Part shown: in pieces, positions 1-8,600 of the stretch
How the letters are laid out: each line of letters starts with the position of its first letter
Numbering within the stretch: the stretch's first letter is position 1
Assembly (NCBI GenBank): GCA_963675595.2
Contig: CAXXLZ010000002.1
Location: 1,568,001-1,632,000, forward strand
Length of the DNA stretch: 64,000 nt
Direction of reading: 5' to 3'
From: Thermodesulfobacteriota bacterium
GTDB lineage: Bacteria > Desulfobacterota > Desulfarculia > JACQYL01
Position numbers and translations under genes: made by a program
The notes under the pieces: generated by a model
Database searches by the model: none
Told to the model about the DNA's origin: nothing
What the model saw: only the letters and a program-made list of their open reading frames with translations

Positions 1-262
1 CCACATCGCTGAGGACCGCTCCGCTGAGGTCAACCCACTCAAGTTTGCCACCCCTGAGGTCAGCACCAGTGAGGTCCGCGCCTCCAATATCCGCACCGCT
101 GAGATTGGCTCCAATGAGGATCGCACTCCAGAGGGTCGCACCGATGAGATTCGCTCCGCTGAGATTCGTACCAATGAGATTTGCACCGCCGAGATACGCG
201 CCCCTGAGATCGGCCCCAATGAGGACGGCCTCGCTTAGGATCGCATCGTTTAAGATCGCATC
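1..262 (-). pseudogene. Pentapeptide repeat protein, 3' part (interrupted by IS21; continues off the window edge)
   Basis: Minus strand reads ILNDA-ILSEA-VLIGA-DLRGA-YLGGA-NLIGT-NLSGA..., the A(D/N)Lxx pentapeptide pattern. It joins in frame to 2566-2789 when the IS and one target copy are removed. Confidence 0.9.
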
Positions 263-368
263 TGTCACCACCGGAATTAAATGTCATGTAAACGCCGGAA
301 TGAAATGTCCTCCCAGATGAGCGAAAGGTATTACCTTCAGCGCAACGAGAAAGAGCTGGAGGTGGCCG

Positions 369-1556
369 ATGCTCAAGAAGGAGGACTGGGTGGAAATCAG
401 AACACAAGTTGAGAGAGGCGTCTACAAGAAAGACGTGGCGGAGAAGCTGGGAGTGCATCCACGGACCGTCAGCAGGGCCCTGGAACGCGGAGGAGCACCG
501 ACGGGAAGGAAAAGCGTCGTCCGAGGAAACAAGCTGGACCCCTTCAAACCGGTGATCGACGGATTGCTCCGGGAGGGCGTTTGGAACGCGATGGTGATTC
601 TGCGAGAGATCCAGGCGCGGGGTTACAGAGGCGGCATCACCATTTTGAGGGCGTATATTCACCCGAAGCGTCCCTTGAGGCGGAGCCGGGCCACGGTACG
701 ATTCGAGACCGGTCCGGGCGAGCAGCTGCAAAACGATTGGGGAGAGTTGATCACCACGGTGGCCGGAACTCCTCGAAAGGTCTTTTTCAACGTAAGCACT
801 CTGGGCTTTTCCCGTCGCTTCTTTTTCTGGTGTTCGGAAAGAAACGATTCCGAGCACACCTACGAAGGACTGATTCGCGCCTTCGAGTACTTCGGCGGAG
901 CAACCCGGGAGGTGCTGGTGGATAACCTCAAGGCGGCGGTGATCAGTCACAGGATCGGGGAGAGCGTTCGGTTCAATGAGCGATTCGTCGACTTGGCCGG
1001 GCACTATGGTTTCAACCCAAAGGCCTGTCGGCCTCGGAGAGCACGGACCAAAGGCAAAGACGAACGGATGGTGGGATATGCCAAGCACCACTTCTTTGTC
1101 CGTTACCGCGAGTTCGAGAGCTTCGACCAAATGAACGAGTTGGCCGAGCAATGGCTGAGAGACGAAGCCGACAAGAGGCTTCACGGTACGGTCAAGGAAA
1201 TCGTGATCGAGCGGTTCGGCCGGGAGGCGGAGCACCTCAAACCTCTTCCCGCCCGGCGTTATGACACTTCCTATGTGGAACACCGTTCGGTCCATTGGGA
1301 CGGCTATATCGACGTTCTGGGCAACCGCTACAGCGTGCCTTCCGAATATTGCGGTCAAACGGTGAGAATACGCATCGGCCTGAACGGAGAGCTTCGGGTC
1401 TATGCCGGGGAGTGCATGGTGGCCGAGCACACCCTGCGAAGCACCGCCGAGGGCTGGGTGAAGGTCCCCTCCCATCATGCGGAACTGTGGCGTGACGCTC
1501 TTCAAGTCCAACGAAGGGACCTCTCCGTCTATGAGGAGGTGGGCCGATGGAATTAG
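369..1556 (+). CDS. istA: IS21 transposase IstA
   Basis: N-terminal HTH, RFETGPGEQLQNDWG, VLVDNLKAAV and KGKDER motifs of the IS21 DDE transposase. Confidence 0.95.
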   Translation: MLKKEDWVEIRTQVERGVYKKDVAEKLGVHPRTVSRALERGGAPTGRKSVVRGNKLDPFKPVIDGLLREGVWNAMVILREIQARGYRGGITILRAYIHPKRPLRRSRATVRFETGPGEQLQNDWGELITTVAGTPRKVFFNVSTLGFSRRFFFWCSERNDSEHTYEGLIRAFEYFGGATREVLVDNLKAAVISHRIGESVRFNERFVDLAGHYGFNPKACRPRRARTKGKDERMVGYAKHHFFVRYREFESFDQMNELAEQWLRDEADKRLHGTVKEIVIERFGREAEHLKPLPARRYDTSYVEHRSVHWDGYIDVLGNRYSVPSEYCGQTVRIRIGLNGELRVYAGECMVAEHTLRSTAEGWVKVPSHHAELWRDALQVQRRDLSVYEEVGRWN

Positions 1557-2335
1557 CCCGACTCCTCGAGAAAATGAAGATGGAGCACCTTCTGATGCAG
1601 ATCGACGCCGTATGTGAGCAGGCGTCCAAGAAGGACCTCCCTTACCGGGAGTTTCTCACCGAAGCTCTTCAGACCGAGTGGAGGGGTCGACGCACCAAGG
1701 CCGTGGAAGCCCGGCTCAAGATGGCGCGGTTTCCCTGGGTGAAGACCCTCGATCAATTTGATTTTCTCTTCCAACCAAGCATTGATCGGAAGGTGATTCG
1801 CGAACTCGGCGGACTCTCCTTCGTGGATCGGGCGGAAAACGTCATCTTGTTGGGTCCTCCCGGAGTGGGCAAGACCCACCTGGCCATCGCCCTCGGGGTC
1901 AAGGCCGTTGAGGCCGGCTATCGGGTCCTGTTCCTCACGCTGGAATCCATGCTGACCCGATTGAGCCGGGCCAGGATGGAGAACCGTGCGGAGAGGCAAC
2001 TCCAGCAGTTCGTCTATCCCAAGCTGCTCATCATCGACGAAATGGGATATCTGCCCATGAGCCGGGACGAGGCGGGGCTTTTCTTCCGGCTCCTCACCAG
2101 AAGATATGAGAGGGCCTCCCTGATCGTCACGTCCAACAAGAGCTTCGTGGACTGGGGAGAAATCTTCAACGATCAAGTCCTGGCCACGGCCATCCTGGAC
2201 CGGCTTCTGCATCACTGCACCACCCTCAACATCAAGGGGGAAAGCTACAGACTCAAGGAGAAGCGCAAAGCGGGCCTCGTGGGTTCCACACACGGCGCCG
2301 ACATCACGGAAGCTCAAACCTCCGACGCGGCTTAG
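1547..2335 (+). CDS. istB: IS21 helper AAA+ ATPase IstB
   Basis: Walker A GPPGVGKT, Walker B LLIIDEMGY, AILDRLLHH and GESYR; overlaps the istA stop. Confidence 0.95.
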   Translation: MELARLLEKMKMEHLLMQIDAVCEQASKKDLPYREFLTEALQTEWRGRRTKAVEARLKMARFPWVKTLDQFDFLFQPSIDRKVIRELGGLSFVDRAENVILLGPPGVGKTHLAIALGVKAVEAGYRVLFLTLESMLTRLSRARMENRAERQLQQFVYPKLLIIDEMGYLPMSRDEAGLFFRLLTRRYERASLIVTSNKSFVDWGEIFNDQVLATAILDRLLHHCTTLNIKGESYRLKEKRKAGLVGSTHGADITEAQTSDAA

Positions 2336-2565
2336 CCGCATGGCGAGTAACCGACTCGCGGAAGGCGCGAAGCCGCAATGTCGGGCGAGCGGGAGAAGCG
2401 GCACCCCATAAGTGCCGCGCCGCTCGCGCAGAGACATTGCCGGCGGAAGCGCCGGGCGGTTCCCCGCTCTCAATGCCCGGCGAAGCAACCGCCATCCCGA
2501 GTCGTCGGACCCATATCAACCCAATGAAACCGTTGTTTAGTGGACAAAATCAGGTGGCCTTGACA

Positions 2566-2789
2566 GCATCGCTCAGATCGCCATTCCTTAAGCGCACCAA
2601 ACTAAGGTTTGCCTCGCTGAGATATGTTCTGCGTAAGTCGGCGCTCTCCATGTCCGCTCCTGCCAAGTTTAACCCGACGAGTTCTTTCCCGCGGAGGATC
2701 GCACCGCGGAGATGCCACAGCCCTTCCGGCATCGGTCCCTGAACGGCGCCTATCTCAACGAGTTTCCGCCAAGTCTCTTCTTGGGTCAT
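2566..2789 (-). pseudogene. Pentapeptide repeat protein, 5' part
   Basis: MTQEETWRKL...LRGAILRGKELVGLNLAGADMESADLRRTYLSEANLS...GDLSDA, cut at the IS21 right end. Confidence 0.88.
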
Positions 2790-3075
2790 GTCAACCACCC
2801 TGCGCCCTTGCGGTTGGGAAAAGATAAATTTGGCTAATTCTTAGCGCAATTCAACGGGAAAGGAAATAACGAATTGGGAATTGGGGAAATGGACGGAAGG
2901 GTGAAGTGGTGAAGAAAGCGGTGAGCAAAACGGGCCGAAGTTTCTCAAATCATCTGCCAAAAGTTCTCAAATTGGGTGCGGAACAACAGTTCACACCGAT
3001 TTAGACTTTTCTATAAATTTCATTCATTTTAAGAAAATAGTGCGGTTTTTGAGAAAACCGCACACCAGCACAAAT

Positions 3076-3103
3076 AAAAAAAGGTCAGGAGGTCTCCTAA
3101 CCT
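3076..3103 (-). terminator. Intrinsic terminator downstream of the tRNA 3' fragment
   Basis: Minus strand AGGTTAGGA-GACC-TCCTGACCT followed by a T tract. Confidence 0.7.
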
Positions 3104-3113
3104 ATTGAAATCA

Positions 3114-3158
3114 TGGCGCGCCCGGCATGATTCGAACATGCGACCTACGGATTCGTAG
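3114..3158 (-). repeat. att core, left copy: 3' half of tRNA-Arg(ACG), anticodon loop to CCA
   Basis: Minus strand CTACGAA-TCCGT-AGGTC-GCATG-TTCGAAT-CATGC-CGGGCGCG-CCA. No D arm or 5' acceptor strand upstream. Identical to 50676-50720. Confidence 0.93.
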
Positions 3159-3220
3159 TTCTTTTTTGATTGCATCACTCACCATCACGCGCCCTCCTAT
3201 AAAACACAAAAAACTTGCCA

Positions 3221-3313
3221 TATCAATATATTAATGCTATTCAATGTTTCACTTGGAATCACTCAAGTTTGTCGCCTTCACATAAAAATGTGGGAGAGGT
3301 ATGGGAGAGAAAA
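3221..3313 (+). promoter_or_regulatory. Integrase arm region: IHF box plus tandem arm-type sites
   Basis: TATCAATATATTA (3221-3233) matches the IHF consensus WATCAANNNNTTR. TGGGAGAG occurs twice at 3291-3309 and recurs twice at 50601-50619. Confidence 0.65.
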
Positions 3314-4540
3314 ATGGCCGTAAAGTGGCTCGGCACAAGGTTTCCCGGAGTAAGATATTATGAGCATCCTGAAAGAAAACACGGGGTCAGGCGGGACAGG
3401 TACTATACCATCCGGCTCCGTGTGGATGGTAAAGCCACCGAAGAGGGCCTCGGCTGGGCCAGCGAGGGGTGGAGTGAGACCAAGGCAGCAACGGAACGCG
3501 CCCGCCTTCAGACGGCTCGGAAAACGGGTGAAGGCCCGGTAACCCTTTCAGAGAAGCGAAACGTTGCGAAGGCCAAGCGTGAGGCGCAGGAAGCACGGAG
3601 GCTCAAGGAAGAGAGGGAGCGAATCACCTTTCGTGACGTCTTCCTGGATCACTACTTCCCCGCCCAGCAGGGCAACAAGCATCCCAGAAGCATCGCCCGC
3701 GAGGAGCAATGTTTCAGGCTGTGGATTCTTCCCGCCTTCGGAGACACGGCCATGAAAGCCGTAACGCCCTTTGACCTGGAGCGGCTCAAGAAGCAAATGC
3801 TTGATGCAGGCCGCGCCCCCGCGACGGTACGATATGCCCTGGCAACGGTTAGGCAATGCTTCAACTTCGCTCGACGGCACGGTTTGATCGAGGTGGATTC
3901 GCCCACGGACAAAGTGAGGGTGAAGATGAACGACAACAGACGCCTCCGCTACCTGACCAAGGTCGAGGCCTCCCTGCTGATGGACCATTTGAAGGCTCGT
4001 TCTACGGAAACGTGGTGCGTCGCATTGGTTTCATTGCATTGCGGGTTGCGGTACGGCGAGATCAGGAATCTTTGCTGGTCGGACGTGGACACGGAACGGT
4101 CGTTCCTCACTATTCGCGACCCAAAGGGCAAGACCAATCGGACCGTTTACATGACCGAAGAAGTGAAGCGAATGTTTCAATCCAGGGCCCCTGGGAGCCC
4201 GTCGGACAACGTGTTCGAGGGGAAATCTCGCGGCGGCAAATCCCCCCAGGTTTCCAAGACGTTCAATCGGAGCGCTACGGAACTTCGCCTGAACGAGGGA
4301 ATCAGCGATCCCAGACAGAAGGTCGTGTTTCATACACTGAGACATACGTTTGCGAGTTGGCTTGCGGAGGCGGGAGTCGATATCTATACAATCGCGACGA
4401 TCTTGGGGCACAAGGAGTTGAAGATGACTCAACGATATTCCCACCTTGGGAATGGAGCCATACAGAGAGCGGTCTTAGCTCTTGAGAATGAGCTCGAACG
4501 GAATCGGTCGGGACCGGCAAAGACAAAAGCTGAAACCTAG
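3314..4540 (+). CDS. Tyrosine recombinase / phage-type integrase
   Basis: Catalytic set intact: GLRYGE, PKGK, HTLRH, LGH, RYSH; N-terminal arm-binding-type segment; ATG at 3314. Confidence 0.93.
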   Translation: MAVKWLGTRFPGVRYYEHPERKHGVRRDRYYTIRLRVDGKATEEGLGWASEGWSETKAATERARLQTARKTGEGPVTLSEKRNVAKAKREAQEARRLKEERERITFRDVFLDHYFPAQQGNKHPRSIAREEQCFRLWILPAFGDTAMKAVTPFDLERLKKQMLDAGRAPATVRYALATVRQCFNFARRHGLIEVDSPTDKVRVKMNDNRRLRYLTKVEASLLMDHLKARSTETWCVALVSLHCGLRYGEIRNLCWSDVDTERSFLTIRDPKGKTNRTVYMTEEVKRMFQSRAPGSPSDNVFEGKSRGGKSPQVSKTFNRSATELRLNEGISDPRQKVVFHTLRHTFASWLAEAGVDIYTIATILGHKELKMTQRYSHLGNGAIQRAVLALENELERNRSGPAKTKAET

Positions 4541-4576
4541 TAGGTGGCTCTGTGCATGTGTTTTTTTGGGGAAAGC

Positions 4577-4842
4577 GGAAAAGGAAGCTCCAGTTTCACC
4601 ACGAAATGTGAAGCATGTAGTGCGAAAGAAATGGAAGGACGAGCGCACCGCGCAGGCTCGGCTCGGAATGGCCTTCAAGCTGGTCTACCAGGCGAGCGTT
4701 ATAAGGAGCGATGGGTGCGTTCGAAGTCCTTCGATTGAGAACAACGAATTCTTCACGAAGGAAGTGATCAGGGTCTTCGAAGTGATGAACAAGATTGCGG
4801 AGCAGGTTGGAGTGGATGGGGGTGCCTCTGGGTGAGGGGCTT
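4577..4842 (+). pseudogene. 5'-truncated copy of the hypothetical gene at 51717-52121
   Basis: Colinear DNA similarity to 51863-52128 (QARLGMAFKLVYQAS...IAEQVGVDGGASG); N-terminal part absent. Confidence 0.85.
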
Positions 4843-4925
4843 CGAAATTGAGCAAGGATGTCCATCCGACCAAGGAATCCATCTCGAGCAGGTACAGGAT
4901 GATCAGTATGATGGAATGCTTCAAT

Positions 4926-5512
4926 TGGAAGCGGACCCCAAGGTTGGTACCAATTTAGCCCGAGAATAAGGTGTATCCTTTTGGGTTTGAGCCCGCCATC
5001 CGCATGGCGAACTTGGCCGGGCCGAGCGGGGCCTTGAGCCTCTCAGACGAGGCCAACCTTGTGGATGGTCGTATTTCCTTTCAATGGGCCGCTTCCCGCA
5101 CCATGTCCGTCTCCCGGCAGACTTCGGACGGAGTTTTTCCCTTGACAGTCTGATGGGGCCGGGGGTTATTGTGATGCTCGAAGTGGGTTCGCAATCCGTC
5201 CGGCAATTCCTTCATCAACTCGTGTTCTTTGATGTAGATGTCTCCGTACTTCAACGACTGCCAAGGACGCTCGATCATGATGTCGTCCGTGAACGCGGCT
5301 CCCGTGTATTGGGTGCCCTCGCTCGTATTGAAGATACCAGGCTTTCCATGGCGCCTCAATGCACGCTCCGAAGCGCTCGCGCAGAAGGAGTCGTCCACGG
5401 TCGCCGAAATCTCCAAGACAACACGCACCGGCTGTGCCGATCCAACACGGCGGACGGTCCGGCATCGGTGCATACGCGATATCGATCGCCTCCAGAGCCA
5501 CCTTTCTTTCAC
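4926..5512 (-). pseudogene. Degenerate IS3-family transposase (orfB fragment) with one terminal repeat
   Basis: GKPGIFNT..G.QYT, IERPWQSLKY and HNNPRPHQ..G.TP motifs with internal deletions; IS3-like end TGGAAGCGGACCCCA at 4926. Confidence 0.8.
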
Positions 5513-5573
5513 CTTGGGCCGTTCTCAGCCCTTGGTCCTATCTCAGAGGCCGCTTCCGAGTGCCCATGTTTCC

Positions 5574-5588
5574 TGGCCTGGAAATTGC
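5574..5588 (+). promoter_or_regulatory. Putative sigma-54 (-24/-12) promoter for the C25 protease gene
   Basis: TGGCCTGGAAATTGC has exact GG-N10-GC spacing and lies about 70 nt before the ORF. Confidence 0.4.
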
Positions 5589-5657
5589 CTAATGGGCTTA
5601 TCGAATCAAACGTTTTCCATGACTTAATTCCCACAGAGCGACCACATAATCGCTTTA

Positions 5658-8600
5658 ATGTTAACAAATCCGAAGAGAGATGGGCCTGTTATGCGGGGAA
5701 TGAAATTTAAGGGCTCCGGGGGAGTCGAATCACGAATCGGTCATCGGTCGAACGATGCGAATATCAAAAATGTAACAAGAGCCACGTCCGAGGGACGGCC
5801 GTTCAGCCGCCGACCATGGAGAGGATTCGGGATTTCATTCATTTCCGCGACGGTGCTGTTGCTGTTCTTGTGCGCCCATGCGGGAGCACAGCAGGCGGAC
5901 TATGTGGTCACGTTTCAGGAAAGCGACGTAAAATGGTCCGTGGTGGAAGGCTATGACCTTCTCGAGGTGGATCAGGATCGCTGTACCATGCAAGGCGAAA
6001 CGGGCAAACCCTTCCTGCCGGTGAAACTCATCTATGTGGCCATACCCTATGCTTCGAAGTTCGATTCGTTCACCATACAAAGCCGCGAAGAGACGGACCT
6101 CGGCTATTATCGGATCATCCCCACCCAGGCCACGGTGCGTCCGGGCCAAACCGCTCCGTTCGTTTATCCCGACGTGGAAACCTACGCTCTTTCCACCCGA
6201 TATCCGGCTTCTCCGGTGGAATTCGCCGGGGAAGGGGCCGTCAGGGAAACACGAATCGTCACGCTGAAGGTCTATCCGCTGCAGTACATACCGGCGACCA
6301 ACCAGGTGGTTTTCAATCGTGAGCTGGTCATCTCCGTGAAGTACACGGCGGTTCCCGAACTCGCTGCAACTTCCGCTTTCCGCGAAGACGATATGGTCAC
6401 CAAGATGGCTCGTGCTTTCGTGGACAATGCCCGCGCCGAGGATCAGGGAACACCCTTGAAGAGTCTTTCGGGAGCGTCCGGGTCCGTCGGTACGTCCCTG
6501 GTGCGCCCCATGGCGGACCCCTCGGAGATTCAATATCTGATCATCACCGGCGATGCGCTGAAAGACTCTTTTCAGCCCCTGGCGGATTGGAAGACCAAGA
6601 AAGGCGTTCCGGCCGAGGTGGTGACCACCTCGTGGATTTACGCCAATTATGAGGGCTCGGACAATCAGGAAAAAATCAAGCGCTGCATTCAGGATTACGT
6701 GACGCTGTATTCCACCTTTTTTGTGCTGTTGGGTGGGGACGACACCGTGGTTCCGGATCGGGATTGCTACACGTATGTGGGGTCCGACGTCGACGCGACC
6801 ATCCCCACGGACCTGTATTATGCGAGCCTGGACAGCATCAACTGGAATACCGGCGGAGGATACCCCTGTGAGCCGGCCGACAACATCGATCTGAATATGG
6901 ACGTGTGGGTCGGCCGCGCGCCCGTTCGAACGACGGCGCATGCCACCGCCTTCGTAAACAAGACCATTGCCTACGACAAGAACCCTGCGACCTCGGACTT
7001 CGCCGAAAAAATGCTTCTCATGGGCGACATGCTCTGGTCCTACATCGGAGACCAGTCCGATGCGTATGCAAAAACGGAAGCCATGTACGACGACTACATC
7101 GCTCCTTACTGGGACGGCACTGCGTACATGTTCTACGACACGGCCACCTCCTTTCCCGGAGGCGCCTCCTACGACCTTTCACCCACCAATATGATCACCC
7201 AGTTCGCCAACGGCTATAACTACATTTTCATGGCCACCCACGGCAACGCGAACATCTGGGCTACGGAGACGGGCGGTTATTTTTCTTCGACGCACGCTTT
7301 GAGCCTGACCAACGCGAGCAAACAGGGCCACGTGAATACCATCGCGTGCATTACGAACAAATTCGACGGGAGCCCCGACCCGTGCCTGAGTGAAGCTTTT
7401 CTCCGGAATCCCAACGGCGGCGCTGTTTCGTACGTTGGAAGCTCGCGTTACGGTTGGGGTTACGCCGGCACCAAAATTCATGGGCCGTCCTTCAAATACG
7501 CCGACCAGATTTATAAGATGAACTTCGACAAAACCAATCCCGCGTGGCCGTCCTGGTTGGGCGTGTCTTTCGCGTTCGGCAAGATGATCTTGATGGGATC
7601 CGCCGCATCCAACGGCGCATACCGTTGGCTCTATTTCTCCCTCAACCTTATGGGAGATCCCGAACTCTACGTGCACGACGAGGACCCCCAACCCATCAAC
7701 GCGGTGCATGCTCCGACCGTGGGTTTCGGTTCACAGACCTTTACGGTGAGCAACTGCCCGCCCGGAGCTTGGGTCTGTTTGTTAAAGGAAGGAGAAATCT
7801 ACGAGGCCGGTTTTGCGGACGACGCGGGTGTGTTTTCAAGGGCCATTACCCCGACTTCTCCAGGTACGTTTTACGTCACGGTGACCAATCGGAATTACAC
7901 CGCATATGAAGGAACGGTCGAAGTGTCCAGTCCCGGACCTCCGGTCGTGGCCGCCATAACGGATGATGAAGCCGAAGAGGGTCTGGGCTACGTCGGACCT
8001 ACTCCCGTGCTGGCCCAGGGTAGTTTTCCCATTACGTGGACCTTGTCTTCGGGTCCTGCAGGCATGACCATCGATTCGGCTTCCGGCGTGGTTTCCTGGG
8101 CGAATCCGGCGCTGGATGCGAGTCCGGCTTCCGTGACCATCAGGGCGACCAATGCCCTGGGATTCGATGAAGTGTCTTGGGCGATCACCGTGCGCATGGT
8201 GCCCCCGGTAATCTCGTCCATCGACGATCACAGCGTCATTGAAGGTCAGGCTTACACCGGCCCGACTCCTTCGCTGGTGTCGGGTTCCACGCCGATCACC
8301 TGGTCTCTGGAAGCCGGGCACGCGGATATGGCGATCAACGCGTCCAACGGCGTCGTCACGTGGGAAAACCCGGACAGTCTGGTCGGGTCGGTGACGGTTA
8401 CCATACGCGCGACCAACGACGGCGGGTACGATGACGAAACCTGGACACTGACCGTGGAGGAACCCCCTCCCGTTCTGTTGAGCACCTATGGGGCGCCGAC
8501 TCAATCGAGCACGTATACGAACGGTTCCTACCTGGCATCCGCCGACAAAGCCATAGACGCCGATACCGACGGTGATTTCTGGGGCGGCGAATCGGTCACG

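Larger units (their letters stand above)
263..2565 (+). mobile_element. IS21-family insertion sequence, complete
   Basis: Ends TGTCA...TGACA; 5-bp target duplication GCATC at 258-262 and 2566-2570; internal repeats CCGGAATWAAATGTC-like at 271 and 295; istA-istB pair. Confidence 0.95.

Noticed and set aside
45-1511. ORFs 45-320 (+) and 60-1511 (-)
   Set aside because: Shadow frames of the pentapeptide repeats and of istA.
3114-3158. Functional tRNA-Arg gene (also at 50676-50720)
   Set aside because: Only the anticodon loop to CCA is present; no D arm or 5' acceptor strand at either copy.
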